This document shows positions 10,701 to 20,746 of a DNA stretch of 64,000 nucleotides, one piece after another. Each line of letters begins with the position of its first letter. The first letter of the stretch is position 1. This stretch comes from a virus (Duplodnaviria > Caudoviricetes): the IMG/VR virus record IMGVR_UViG_2687453341_000008; one strand, given 5' to 3'. The notes under the pieces were generated by a model that saw only the letters and a program-made list of their open reading frames with translations, did no database searches and was not told where the DNA came from. The translations under genes and the position numbers were made by a program.

Positions 10701-10997
10701 TGTGATTGCTGACGAAACATCGCTCGGTTTAACGCTCAAGAAGGGAAGGTCGTTCCATGCTGACGATCCATCTCCCAGCTTAAGATTCTTGCTGGTGGTG
10801 TCGACGCCCAGTTCGCCTTCGAACAGGACTGGGTTCTCACCGCCCCAGTTTGTCGCTGCATCTCGTCGTAATTGAATACGAAGTTCGGTACCGCTCAGCG
10901 CAGCAGGATCGCTTAGGACTTCGACGATTGCCTTTGAGACAACCGGCGCCCTTCTAACCATCGATGCGCATCCGCCGCTGATCACAATTGACTTCAC
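7746..10997 (-). CDS. Tail fibre / receptor-binding protein
   Basis: 1083 aa; Mtd_N-like IQLRRDAATNW...GELGVDTTSKNLKLGDG, LDGLSDV linker, glycine-rich C-terminal domain. Confidence 0.85.
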   Translation of the reverse strand: MKSIVISGGCASMVRRAPVVSKAIVEVLSDPAALSGTELRIQLRRDAATNWGGENPVLFEGELGVDTTSKNLKLGDGSSAWNDLPFLSVKPSDVSSAITAALASYTPTSSLAAVATSGSASDLVTGTLANARLSPQVVRSDFSYPDPAWITAIAASKLTGTIADSRLSSNVPLLNAAVNAFSGDLTASGNLSSANLTVSGIAAMGLAMRSDVRLYLSPTNTANHGIWIRNLAGQTGAPFRITDSGAVEAFSVSPAGNIYSTGTLQIGGTAGHILRWNAGASSLEVRDSTNAFYRKTRVGELQVVADLGGSTATPANARLGFLTQVGGYIAGAISARTYSANAAHGDIVISASVNMTTGQNDYSTQTDDIVLRGNTGNVEINRGLLSIGMPGQSARSLSILPVNTGDRTGVRVYDYGGFASASTQSSFEVTYLGGTFAAPSTTVSGHYRNLLSFRTGGATGVLSNVPSFAIRSTIGSVIGSSLSEVNTSMMVTSTATGLTIPVQTMFGNTGLVDFPIGQIQLGTAIRLKNNAGDLQVRNTADTDFGGFFAGAANFSNVVSASNGIKVSGTAGIQYSSVTPVATSGSIPWIVYTANSNALFTRDTINGRMFMTMTGGANSPSSNLQVHANAYVESGLFVSGGGGIVFANSTPAVVGGSHPWLAYTANSNAFYVRDVVNGRMQLTLAGGVDAVAAITTISSRLNVESHITSAFQSLSSDPSSLDIASGLSRLVKNTSSGEIAKFVNDGGVIKKAGSTVPGVTNLDGLSDVTVTGPTEGQVIRHNGTEFANHTPTSTTQIYDTPGTTVWVKPAGATRVTVICVSGGGGGGSGRRGPSGEASVGGGGGVAGSVGVRSYVASHLPGTVNLTIGTQAIGGAARTTDDTSGANGGHGGSAIFGDVGSPIRLAAGGGAGGTGGGAGTGGGSSGGTTANVIQNQSGEAASTTGGAANRAPLNTPQALGYLLTGGAAGGGITTSNVAGRGGHHTDQGVQAGWLGITAGTGGGAAGGGNGSDGPATIIETISEIGAMLGFGAGGGGGNTSGPGGNGGNALGYGCGGGGGGASRNGFTSGAGGNGGKAAIFIITEF

Positions 10998-11042
10998 AAT
11001 GACTCCTATTCGGAATCAGTCTTGCAATAAAGACACGACGCT

Positions 11043-12842
11043 TCAAACCGTGGAGCGACTTCTCAAAAAGCTCTTCGCCATGAGCTTGATCGCGTTGGCA
11101 TCATCGATCGATCTCTGAGGACCAGTCATCTTCTCTCCAAGGAACCCATTGAGCTGATCTTTCTTGATTCCAAGCACCTGCGAGACGATCGGATCGGACC
11201 CAAACTCCGTCACCGCAAAGTACGCATTGCACGGCCGAGTCTGTCCACTTCTCGCGATCCGCCCGACATTCTGCTTCACAACAGCCCACGTCCAGTCCAG
11301 CTCAGCAACCACAGCGGTGCACGAAACGAACTGAAGACCGTCCAACCCCTCACCCGCCCGAAGCGACATGAGGAACACCTTGGAGCCGCCCGTCACAAAC
11401 TTGTTGACCGACGCAGCCTTTTGCTCTTTCGTTTCACTGCCCGTGTACCGAACCGGCAGCAGGTCGCTCAGCTTTTCCATTAACAAGTCATGCACCCTTT
11501 GGTGCCAAGCGAACAGAACGACCTTTTCGCCCTGGTCCGTGAACTCCCGAACCATGCTTGCAACGGCATCGACCTTCGCGAGCCCCGTTGCCTGCCGAAG
11601 CATGCTATCGAACTCCATCGTCGCTGCCCCTCGATTGCTGGACACATCTTGAAGCAGCGCCCGAGCGAGCTCCTCCGCCTTAGTGGTCGCATCGTTGAAC
11701 AGCTTGGCATCCGCTTCGACCGTGCGGTAGTGAATCGAACAATCATGGACTGGCAGCCCAAGCTCAACAGCCGTCCTCCGCAGCATCGCTTTCTGCTCTT
11801 TAAGGTAGTTCCCAAATGCGTCAGGATCTCGAAGAGGCGGAGCCTTCGTAAGCGATACGCTCGTGCACCAATTCGTCTGAAACTGCTCTTCCGTTCCGAG
11901 GAAGCCGGGCATCAAACACTCGAGTACGTTGAACGCTTCGCCCCCAAGGTTGGCAAACGGAGTAGCCGACATCCCCATGCGATAGTCCATCTTCTGACTT
12001 AATCGCCTCGCCGCTTTCCATCGCTCCGTCCTTGAACCGCCACGGAGCCCGTGCACTTCGTCATAAACGACCGATCGGCAAACCTTCGCTAGATTGTCCG
12101 GCCATTGCTGGAGCTTGCTGTAGCTCAGGAGGTACACGTCCGCAGGTCTAGGACAAACCGCGAGCGGAATCTCGGTTTGGCAAACCGGACAACGCTTCTT
12201 CCTTCCGCCGAGCTGGTACACGCGGTCGATCGTCGCCCCGCAGTGCCGACAGTCGACAAGCACGTAGGGACTGTAAGGCATCGTATCGCGAATGATGTGA
12301 CTCGTTAGCTCCGGTGTGAATTGAGCGATCACGTCTCGCCACTGAATAACCAAGTGAGACGGACACACGACCACGGCGGGCCGAAGATTTTCGTCGGTTA
12401 ACGCGGTGATTGCGGAGATCGTTTTCCCAAGACCAAGATCGTCACCGAGCAACAAACTCCCCACCGATCGCCAGAGGTCCGCGGCCACGATTTGATAAGG
12501 ACGAGGAGACTTCCCCCGAGCGAACTGAACGCTTCGCCCCTGGTAACCTTCTGAGAGGATGCGATCCGCCTTAGAGTGCCGAAGCACGTACAGCGCCGCT
12601 TGCTTGCGAAGATGGTTTTCGTGCTCGACTCGCAACGGATATCGCTGAGCAAACCAAAGCAAGTCCCTCGATTGTTCTGGCGTGGCTGGCAAGTAGACCG
12701 ACTCGTCTTGCTTACTTCGGCTCGCCAACGGGAAGATCGAAAGCAGACGAGTCAGAACATAAGGATCACCCGACACAACCCATTCTTTTCCCACCAAGCG
12801 GCACAGCGGCTTGTTACTGCCAGACGTTAAGCCAGTAGACAC
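11043..12842 (-). CDS. SNF2-family helicase/ATPase with zinc-ribbon insertion
   Basis: DDLGLGKT, DEVH, MSATP, AGEGLDGLQ, GRIARSGQ motifs; CRHC...CPVC insert. Confidence 0.85.
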   Translation of the reverse strand: MSTGLTSGSNKPLCRLVGKEWVVSGDPYVLTRLLSIFPLASRSKQDESVYLPATPEQSRDLLWFAQRYPLRVEHENHLRKQAALYVLRHSKADRILSEGYQGRSVQFARGKSPRPYQIVAADLWRSVGSLLLGDDLGLGKTISAITALTDENLRPAVVVCPSHLVIQWRDVIAQFTPELTSHIIRDTMPYSPYVLVDCRHCGATIDRVYQLGGRKKRCPVCQTEIPLAVCPRPADVYLLSYSKLQQWPDNLAKVCRSVVYDEVHGLRGGSRTERWKAARRLSQKMDYRMGMSATPFANLGGEAFNVLECLMPGFLGTEEQFQTNWCTSVSLTKAPPLRDPDAFGNYLKEQKAMLRRTAVELGLPVHDCSIHYRTVEADAKLFNDATTKAEELARALLQDVSSNRGAATMEFDSMLRQATGLAKVDAVASMVREFTDQGEKVVLFAWHQRVHDLLMEKLSDLLPVRYTGSETKEQKAASVNKFVTGGSKVFLMSLRAGEGLDGLQFVSCTAVVAELDWTWAVVKQNVGRIARSGQTRPCNAYFAVTEFGSDPIVSQVLGIKKDQLNGFLGEKMTGPQRSIDDANAIKLMAKSFLRSRSTV

Positions 12843-13164
12843 GTACGACCTTTCCTTGGAATTGCATCCCGTCGAGTTTGCGATGCGCGGCGACGGTCGT
12901 CACTACAAGGATGCCGTCTATGTCCTGCGAGCAGCAGTATCTTGCGACCTGCTCCATCACGCTCGGGTACGAACCTTTCACTTTGCACTCGACTCCCAGC
13001 CGATCCACGCAGAAGTCGATGATGCCTGTTTCGAGTCTCTTTTCGCGCTCAAACGGCAGCTCAAGCTCAACAAGCACTTGTTCTAAAGCTGCTTGCAGCC
13101 GGTTCTCGTTTGACGTCGGTAGCTTCCAATGTTTCAGGAGCGAAATCAAATCGATCGGATTCAT
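12814..13164 (-). CDS. Small PD-(D/E)xK nuclease-like protein
   Basis: E...REKRL..GIIDF....GVECK....QVARY pattern; overlaps helicase start. Confidence 0.6.
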   Translation of the reverse strand: MNPIDLISLLKHWKLPTSNENRLQAALEQVLVELELPFEREKRLETGIIDFCVDRLGVECKVKGSYPSVMEQVARYCCSQDIDGILVVTTVAAHRKLDGMQFQGKVVRVYWLNVWQ

Positions 13165-13231
13165 GAACAGCTCCAACCATAGACGGACGGATCTCGCCCT
13201 TTCGAGACCAACTCGGATGAATTGGCCGGAT

Positions 13232-14107
13232 CTACGAAATCGTTGTAACTCTGCTCGGCGGAAATGGCTGACGACGTCTCCACATCTCCCAGTTAATCGA
13301 TACGTCATACGTCTCTTCAAACCAAGTTCGCCCAAGCTCCCAATCTGCATTGCTCCATGCTTGGGGATGCCGCTCATGAAAGAACACTTCATCACCAAAC
13401 CAATGCAGGTTTACCCGGTCACGCTGCAGCAACCACGGAAGCCAGTAGTCCCAGAACGGCCTTCCAATCGCATAGATCGACTCAGGCACTGACTGCGCAA
13501 TGGATCGTGGAAGATGGAACACGTCCAAGCCCCATCGCTCCCGTTGCACGTTCTGGAATGATCCTGAGTAGTTCGTCCGAATCCCGATCATTGCCTCGTT
13601 ATCATCGAGCCTCCGAAAAATATCCTGTAAACCGAGGATCTCGATATCGGAGTTGATCATCAGTACCGATTCGCAGACTTTGCTCGCCAGCCGCAACATT
13701 GCGTGAACATATTGTGTCGGGATCTTGAACGCGGTCGGTAGCTCGTCGCACGCGATGAACTCATCGACTGCTATGCGACCTCGAAGTTGTCTCACTTCGG
13801 AGGTGCTGTTGATCGATACGACGTTCAAGCCGGCCTGCTTCCATGACTGAACAGCACGAATATGCCTCGGCTTGAGTGATGGTGGCAGTGATGTTACCGC
13901 GATCACATGCGAGAGGCTCGGCTGTTGAACGGACCTCCAGTCATCTGGACGCATCACCACGTGCGCAAACACGCGACCAAACGTCCGTTCGATCTTTCTC
14001 CTGTCCGGGTCACCCGGATTCCTGCACCACTTCAGGTACGCTGCTCGACTGAACGGCACGCCGACGCTTCGGGCGCATGCCTCCACATGTTGATAAGCTC
14101 GATCCAT
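13232..14107 (-). CDS. Glycosyltransferase-like phage protein
   Basis: VIAVTSL, MINSDIEI (DxD-like), GLDVF, IGRPFWDYW, FHERH motifs suggest a GT-A fold. Confidence 0.45.
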   Translation of the reverse strand: MDRAYQHVEACARSVGVPFSRAAYLKWCRNPGDPDRRKIERTFGRVFAHVVMRPDDWRSVQQPSLSHVIAVTSLPPSLKPRHIRAVQSWKQAGLNVVSINSTSEVRQLRGRIAVDEFIACDELPTAFKIPTQYVHAMLRLASKVCESVLMINSDIEILGLQDIFRRLDDNEAMIGIRTNYSGSFQNVQRERWGLDVFHLPRSIAQSVPESIYAIGRPFWDYWLPWLLQRDRVNLHWFGDEVFFHERHPQAWSNADWELGRTWFEETYDVSINWEMWRRRQPFPPSRVTTIS

Positions 14108-15330
14108 CAGAACTGAGGTAATTCATTGACGATAGCTACTCGGCCGAGCGAAAATGGCGTATTCCACACGCGACCGTAAAAGTCCGAAGACGAGAAGCCG
14201 CTTTGGTAAGGAGCCCATCCGAACCTTCGGACGGCATTGAACACAACCTCACCGTAAACGATAGGATCGAATCTCCTGACAAGTAACCGCAGATCCTCCA
14301 TTATCAGATACGGTGAGCCAAGCTGCGTAAGAAACATTTCAGCACCTCCAGACTTTATGTTGACGTTGTCCTCGTAGATGAAGGAAGTTTTTGCCCATGA
14401 GTAGGCATTACCCGGTTCCTCCACTTCATCTACGCTCATCGGTCTGACCATTCCGTCTGGCGTTCGGATGTACTTCCATATGAAGAACGATGCACGGGTG
14501 CCACCACCCGACTTGTCGATGAACTCAGCCATGCTTGAGTAATTCCAACTCAATCCGAGGTCAACTGAGATCGCGTTAATCTCACTTGGGGCGTCATAGG
14601 ATCGCACTGTTCCAAAGATCTGGATTTCATAACTTCCAGGAACCTCGAATCGAATCGATTCCCCTTGAGTATAGAACAGCGAATCGACCGCGTTGTATTC
14701 CTCCCCTATTGTGCCGAACTCGCTGTAGAAACCTACGTTTATCCGTGGCGAGTAGGTCCCGACGAACGGGAACTCTCCGACCCCATCTACGCGTGAAAAT
14801 GCCGCACCCAATGGGGTAAGGGTCTTCTGCTGTGCTTGGTTCGGCACCACAAGCATGACGGGGAACTGACTCGACCCGTTGTAATTCACTTTGGTATTCG
14901 TCGTCGAAAACGAACGAAACGGGCCATACGTCATGCCACCGCGAAACAGGCCCCAAGAGCCAGCTTTGAGCGAAAAGCCTACCGCACCCGAACCACCGGT
15001 CCCTAACGTCTTATTCATGAACGCGCCGACGGAGCATACTCCCGTTCCGCTCACTGGGACCTCGGTTGGTCCATTGAATGCGACCAAGGAACCATCTTGC
15101 AAGAGTTGGCTTGCCCGGTTTGGTTTCGTGCAATAGACCACTGGCATATTGCCGACCTCGAGATCGGTCTTGAGGTCGAGCAGCTTATCGAGCTCCTTCT
15201 GCAGATCCGATTTACGCGGAGCTTCGTCAATCTCTTTCCACTTCTTCGGATGGCAGATCAATTGCATCGCCGCAAACGGCGGGACTTTCTCCCCGGACAC
15301 GTTCACAAAGTATCGTTGGTTCATCATCAT
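14107..15330 (-). CDS. Phage tail-region hypothetical protein
   Basis: 407-aa ORF translationally coupled to both neighbours. Confidence 0.65.
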   Translation of the reverse strand: MMMNQRYFVNVSGEKVPPFAAMQLICHPKKWKEIDEAPRKSDLQKELDKLLDLKTDLEVGNMPVVYCTKPNRASQLLQDGSLVAFNGPTEVPVSGTGVCSVGAFMNKTLGTGGSGAVGFSLKAGSWGLFRGGMTYGPFRSFSTTNTKVNYNGSSQFPVMLVVPNQAQQKTLTPLGAAFSRVDGVGEFPFVGTYSPRINVGFYSEFGTIGEEYNAVDSLFYTQGESIRFEVPGSYEIQIFGTVRSYDAPSEINAISVDLGLSWNYSSMAEFIDKSGGGTRASFFIWKYIRTPDGMVRPMSVDEVEEPGNAYSWAKTSFIYEDNVNIKSGGAEMFLTQLGSPYLIMEDLRLLVRRFDPIVYGEVVFNAVRRFGWAPYQSGFSSSDFYGRVWNTPFSLGRVAIVNELPQF

Positions 15331-17084
15331 CTAGGACCTGCCGGAACGTTGTTTTGAAGCATACCCGCACTGCGTTTGATGAACGCTTCTGTTCTCGCAA
15401 TCCGCATCCGCTCTTCATGCGATGAGACCACGAGCGAATGCTCCATCCCGTAACTTGCCGTCGTCGTTGCAAACCCCGAGGAGTCGATCTGATAACTAAC
15501 CTGCTCGATCGTTCCATCCAGCTCTATCGGAATGAATCCCGAGTAGCTTCCGCTTTCCGGAATCTCCGGCATGATCTTCTTAACTTCTATATCGAGCTGT
15601 TTTCGCAGCTCCTTTTCCAGATCCTTTTTATTATCCGTCGTCTTTCGCGTATCGGCCTGTTCGGCTACCTCCAGCCCGAGGTCACTGCGTAGTGTCATCG
15701 GCTTGGAGTCATTGCGATATCCGGTCTTGATCTTCAACACCTCTCGCCAGAGAGCCCGACTATTTGGCTCGCGCACCGATATGGCAGTTCGAAGGAACAA
15801 CCGAGAAGGCGAATAGACCAACTCTCCCGCCTTGGTCTCAAACAGATAGACCGGATTGCTGAATGAGATCAAGCCTCGCTGCTTATCGACGCTGAAACCG
15901 CCCTGGTAAATCAATCTCGCGTCTTGCGCGTAATCGTGTGAGAAGGCCTCAACATTGTTCTTCCCGAACCCGTTCTGATCGTAGAAAAGGCCATACACAA
16001 ACGGCTTTTGCCTCCGGACCTCCGCCGCCTTCTTTTGCAGCGGGGTTTCGTACTCCACCACGGTCTCGGAAATCAGATCGTCTAGGAACTCGATCTGATT
16101 GATGTCTTTGATCTCGAATTTGAGTTGCGGCAGCTTGATCGGAAACTTGAAGGTGTACAGCTTCCAGATACTTTCCTGGGCCAGCCCGCGGATGCGATCC
16201 GCCTCGCGCCGCAATTCCAGGCTTTCGAAGTCGCTCAGCTCTTTCAAAGCATCCTTATCCGGAAGGACCTTAATCCCGACGTTCGGAAACATCAGCGGAT
16301 TCTCCTTCTCCCAGGACGTGACCGGAGTGTAGCTCAATTTATCTATTGGGACCACGCTCTCGACAGACGGATCCGATACCGTCGGTTTGCTGCGTTCGAC
16401 CCCCACAGCGTCCCCAATCTCGATTGATACTTCCCAGATCGTCGGCTTCGCGTGGACATGGATCTCATCGGGAGCCGTTTGCACTTTAAGCGTGCCCGTG
16501 AACTCCGCTCCGATCATGCGAGGCAGCTTCTTTCCTACGCCACGCTTCGCGATCAACACCGAGCCATTGAGTTGAGGACAAATCACGCATCCAAACTGAT
16601 TCATCAGAGCCTCGAGCGCCTGAGCCGGATTGTCCAAGTCCCAGCTCACGCTCGGAAGCGAATCGATCTTTCTAAGTACCGCCACGTCGATACTCGTCAC
16701 CCCCATTTCCTTTAGGCAGATGCGAGCCAGCTCTTCGACGCTCTTTTTTGAGCTTGGAACTACAAGCCCCCCACGAATGACGTTGTACTCCCCCGAGACT
16801 TGTCCGTACTGCCATCGCCACCGGTAGTCTAGCAACGTCACCAAGCACTCGAGTCCATCGGACAACTGAACGTCCATCGACTGGAATGCACAGTCTGGAA
16901 ACATGAACGAGTTGTTACCGTCATACAGAAAAACCGGCGACGGCCCCGACGGAAACTCCGGCTGATTCGGGAGCATGAGCTGGATCGTAGCCGGCTGAAT
17001 CCCTCGAGACCGAGTAATGGACATCTGCCCAACACCTTCGATCGTCCCGTACTTGATACGACCCGCTACGTCAAAAACTGTCAT
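15327..17084 (-). CDS. Probable tail tip/hub protein
   Basis: 585 aa; position after tape measure and distal tail; C-terminal IEQVSYQIDSSGFATT hub-like motif. Confidence 0.55.
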   Translation of the reverse strand: MTVFDVAGRIKYGTIEGVGQMSITRSRGIQPATIQLMLPNQPEFPSGPSPVFLYDGNNSFMFPDCAFQSMDVQLSDGLECLVTLLDYRWRWQYGQVSGEYNVIRGGLVVPSSKKSVEELARICLKEMGVTSIDVAVLRKIDSLPSVSWDLDNPAQALEALMNQFGCVICPQLNGSVLIAKRGVGKKLPRMIGAEFTGTLKVQTAPDEIHVHAKPTIWEVSIEIGDAVGVERSKPTVSDPSVESVVPIDKLSYTPVTSWEKENPLMFPNVGIKVLPDKDALKELSDFESLELRREADRIRGLAQESIWKLYTFKFPIKLPQLKFEIKDINQIEFLDDLISETVVEYETPLQKKAAEVRRQKPFVYGLFYDQNGFGKNNVEAFSHDYAQDARLIYQGGFSVDKQRGLISFSNPVYLFETKAGELVYSPSRLFLRTAISVREPNSRALWREVLKIKTGYRNDSKPMTLRSDLGLEVAEQADTRKTTDNKKDLEKELRKQLDIEVKKIMPEIPESGSYSGFIPIELDGTIEQVSYQIDSSGFATTTASYGMEHSLVVSSHEERMRIARTEAFIKRSAGMLQNNVPAGPR

Positions 17085-20000
17085 CGACTTACCCTTCGCA
17101 ACTCAACCTGCGTTCCGAGGTAGAGCAACGACTCGACCTGCTCGGGCCACATCCGCAAGTCCACGATCGTACCCTTGAGGTCGCTCAGCACTCCGGTCCC
17201 CTGGACAATAACAGGAGCCACGATATCTCGGCTCCGCCCATCTGAATCGAAGTCAAGGATTGCATTACCACGCACGCGAACCGTGTTTGCGACTCCCCAG
17301 TGCATTTGCCCCTCGTACCCAACGAGAGTCCCGAACGCGGCCGAAGCAATCAAGTCGAACGTGTCTTCGTCGACCACACGGACCGAATAAGTTTTGCCGT
17401 CTACGCCAACAACGCCCGAATAGGCTCGAACATACACTCGATCTCCGGACGTCAATCCATGAGCCTCGCTGGTGATGCGAATACCGGTCGGAACCGAAGA
17501 ACTATCGAGGAGCCCTCCACCGCCTGAGAACGATGAAAACGCATCCCCACCGTCGATGTCACCAAGAAATCCTGACTCCGTATCGCCAAACAGGACCGCC
17601 TCCGCGATTCCTGACTTGCCTAGTACGCCACTGGCAAGCCAGCGAACGTTCGTGTCATACAAGTCCAGAAGCTCGCATGCTCCATACCCATTGACGACCA
17701 TCGACCCTCCCGTCGACACCACCACCGTCGGAGGCTTGTTCAGAATCGCGGATCCGCCCATTTGGTTCACGCGGACGATTGAAGCACCTTCCGAAGCGTA
17801 GAAGGTAAGGTCCTCTCCGGAAGAGCCAGGAACGAGCTGCAGCAACTCTAACGAGCAAGTGTCTTCGGGGCGCACGCCGAAAGCCACGTCGCCCTGAACG
17901 CACACGAGCTTATTGCTTGCGTGCGTACCCTTCAGCGCGACAGCCTTCACACGGGCGCCGGCCTGGGTGTACAAAACATTGCCATCGATTGGACGATTGC
18001 CAACGCTGATTCGGCAGACAGCAGGCCCTTCCCCTGATTCGCCAAGCCCAATGCGAATGGGCAAGCTAGACGTCGATACCGCCGAGAAGTGAAGCCAGTT
18101 CGGTAGCGTTTCCACGCTTCCATCGTCCCGGGCTTCAGAAAGCCCGATGTTTCCTGTCCAACTTCGATACACGTCTATGCCCGACGGCAGGGTCGAGCAC
18201 TCCAGTCCGTAGAGACAGCTCACCGAGCCGTCCGCAAACACGATGCGATCGCCATCAGCCGGTGTTCGCCCTAGCGACCAGTTATCAGCGTTATCGAAAT
18301 GATTGGGACCAGTGCCTGGCTGAACTACCACCATGTCGAATTCAGGCGTCGAGGTAGAAGCCAAGGTCAGGTCGATCCCTGTAAGCAAAAACCGCTCTCC
18401 TGGATTCGTCCAGATCACCCGATAAGGCCCGCCACTAGCCCCCACCACTGTCACGGTTTGCCCGAGAGCAATCAACGCGGATTGCACGTTGGCAGCGCTA
18501 GCGTTGAACGACAAGTCCGTTGTGTTCGCGCCGTTGTAAGTGAGTCTCCAGAGACCCGACGTCGGTGCGTGCTCGATCGAGATGCTTTGGATTTCAACCG
18601 TCAGAGGCTGCCCGACCGAGGTGACCGACAAAGCAGGTTCCGCCGTCAGAAGATCGCTCACGTCGATGTCGATCCAGAAAGGGATATCGTCCTCCCCTAC
18701 CCGGTCTGCGTAGGGTTGAGCTTGGAACGTGATCGTAAACTCACGCACCAAGAACTTTCTTCCAACCGCTTCGGTGACAACTTCTACATCGGTCGGTTCC
18801 AAGACCGATCCGTAGTTTTGTTCGATCTCTGTCAAAGCGTTCAGGATGTCTTCACCCGTAACTTCCTCATCGGTAAGCCAACTGAAGTCCGGCCCGGCAG
18901 GAGTCCCTAACGCGTCGCGGAACCGCCACTTCCCAGAACACACACCGCCGAGGAACTGGTACCGAAGCACCCATTCCTTTATTGGCGTCTGCGGTTCAAC
19001 GACGACCGCGGACTCCGCCGAACTACCCGGAAGAATGACGGTAAAGTCGACGTCTAACTCCGATTGTTCGCCGCAGAACTCGACTTGGTACTGGCCAGAA
19101 CTGGTGAGGGAAACTGCAACATTGCCTGCACCGAAAACCGACTCAGCCGCAGCGACAATATCAGAGCGATTCGAAGCACCCGTGAAGCGATGCGATCGCA
19201 GCCCGTTCCATTCGAACTGATAAAGCGATTGATGATTAAGGTCGAGAGCTGGGAGCAAAACCACTTTGTTGGTAATGCCCGTCCCAGAAACCGTTGTGAT
19301 TTTGTAGCCAGCATTGTTATCGACCCCGAGCGTGTTCCGTTCTGCACCGGAAATAACATCGACAGTGAGAGGGACTTCCGCATCCGGCACCCCAATCGCG
19401 ACCACGATCTGCCCCGAGGTCAGGTTCACGACCGTCGCGTTATCCATCGTAAACCGGAACACGACATCCACGCCATCATTCGAAATGTCGCCCGTGTAAA
19501 GCCGGGTGGTGCGAGCGATCGTTACTTTCGAGTCGTAGCCAACAACGGGCGAGTTGATCACGTATTCCAGATCCCATGTCGTCGGAACGCCAGGGACCTC
19601 ATATTCCGGAAGCGCCTTCGTGTGCCAGTATCGGTTGAACGGATTAAGGGTCGAACCACCAACGGTTATCTGAGGTTGGTACAGGCGAACCTTGTACCCT
19701 CCTACCGTCGTGATCCTCAAGAAGTCGAAGTCGTAGAGATAACTGTTCGCAAGAGTCCCAGCGCTCGTATATGCCTTGTCAGTGAATGTGTACCCGATCC
19801 GGAACTTTGGCAATGCCATGAACGCGTCAAACGCGGCATCGCTGTTGAACGAAACATCGTACACCGCCCCAGCGTCGTACCCGTTGGAGGGAGGAATCTC
19901 CGTGCGGACAACTGCAATATTCGCCAAATGGATCGAACTCAACCCGGCGACGAGCAGGTAGGATTTGAACTCGGCCGCTGACGCATCGGCTTCGATGTAG

Positions 20001-20740
20001 ATCGGCTCGTAGCTGGTCTCACCAAAGCGGTACTTCGAATGCTCGTAAAGAGTCACCTCGACGACTTGTTCGGTCCGAGGGGGTGGCACGATCGGAAAGA
20101 GCAACGGAGGATTCGGCATCTCAGCCGTCAAACCGCTAAGCGTCACGACATACCCTGCCGAATGAGACCCAGTCACAGCGACCGTTGTGCAAGGTAAATC
20201 GAAATCTTCAATCGCGTTTTTCAGTTCCGTCGCGCTCGCGTTGTACGCCAGAATCACAGGGCACTTGCCGTGGGATGCCACCGCCCACTTACCAAGCGTT
20301 GGGACAGCGGGCCACTTGAGTTCAAACACGAAATCTTTTCCGCTGCTTCCCTCTTGGAGTTGGGAAATCCGGATCGCGTTCTGCGAGGCTGGAACTGCCG
20401 TTGCTATCAAGCTGACTGGACGACCGGAAGAGAGGCCAGCAACTCGGATTGACGGCTGCCCTCCGTAGTTCGAGACTTCGATCTCCACTTCGTCGTTGAG
20501 ACCGCCGCCCAGGTTCCCAGTGTTGTTTTGGTTGGCTGCAGCCGCGATCGCCTCAACCACCCGGTTTGCTCGATCTTTGGCCGTCGTGTCCGCTTCTGGC
20601 TGAACTGCCGGATAGGTGAAGCCGTACCTTTGCACCCCGTCGGAAAGCTGGAAGCGATCCCCCGGTCCGATATTGCGAGGAACATATTGAACCGTCTCGC
20701 GCGACGCGACAGCCTGGCCAATCCATCGATTACTTGGCAT
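17081..20740 (-). CDS. Large tail-associated structural protein
   Basis: Repeated fibre-type motif (G.W.L.Y.G..T..L..NASA..VQ.AL) and C-terminal HGL.SGD.V (FCCH-like) module. Confidence 0.7.
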   Translation of the reverse strand: MPSNRWIGQAVASRETVQYVPRNIGPGDRFQLSDGVQRYGFTYPAVQPEADTTAKDRANRVVEAIAAAANQNNTGNLGGGLNDEVEIEVSNYGGQPSIRVAGLSSGRPVSLIATAVPASQNAIRISQLQEGSSGKDFVFELKWPAVPTLGKWAVASHGKCPVILAYNASATELKNAIEDFDLPCTTVAVTGSHSAGYVVTLSGLTAEMPNPPLLFPIVPPPRTEQVVEVTLYEHSKYRFGETSYEPIYIEADASAAEFKSYLLVAGLSSIHLANIAVVRTEIPPSNGYDAGAVYDVSFNSDAAFDAFMALPKFRIGYTFTDKAYTSAGTLANSYLYDFDFLRITTVGGYKVRLYQPQITVGGSTLNPFNRYWHTKALPEYEVPGVPTTWDLEYVINSPVVGYDSKVTIARTTRLYTGDISNDGVDVVFRFTMDNATVVNLTSGQIVVAIGVPDAEVPLTVDVISGAERNTLGVDNNAGYKITTVSGTGITNKVVLLPALDLNHQSLYQFEWNGLRSHRFTGASNRSDIVAAAESVFGAGNVAVSLTSSGQYQVEFCGEQSELDVDFTVILPGSSAESAVVVEPQTPIKEWVLRYQFLGGVCSGKWRFRDALGTPAGPDFSWLTDEEVTGEDILNALTEIEQNYGSVLEPTDVEVVTEAVGRKFLVREFTITFQAQPYADRVGEDDIPFWIDIDVSDLLTAEPALSVTSVGQPLTVEIQSISIEHAPTSGLWRLTYNGANTTDLSFNASAANVQSALIALGQTVTVVGASGGPYRVIWTNPGERFLLTGIDLTLASTSTPEFDMVVVQPGTGPNHFDNADNWSLGRTPADGDRIVFADGSVSCLYGLECSTLPSGIDVYRSWTGNIGLSEARDDGSVETLPNWLHFSAVSTSSLPIRIGLGESGEGPAVCRISVGNRPIDGNVLYTQAGARVKAVALKGTHASNKLVCVQGDVAFGVRPEDTCSLELLQLVPGSSGEDLTFYASEGASIVRVNQMGGSAILNKPPTVVVSTGGSMVVNGYGACELLDLYDTNVRWLASGVLGKSGIAEAVLFGDTESGFLGDIDGGDAFSSFSGGGGLLDSSSVPTGIRITSEAHGLTSGDRVYVRAYSGVVGVDGKTYSVRVVDEDTFDLIASAAFGTLVGYEGQMHWGVANTVRVRGNAILDFDSDGRSRDIVAPVIVQGTGVLSDLKGTIVDLRMWPEQVESLLYLGTQVELRRVSR

Positions 20741-20746
20741 AGTCAA

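Noticed and set aside
3367-10997. Diversity-generating retroelement suggested by two Mtd_N-like domains
   Set aside because: No reverse transcriptase in the window and no template/variable repeat pair differing at adenines was seen
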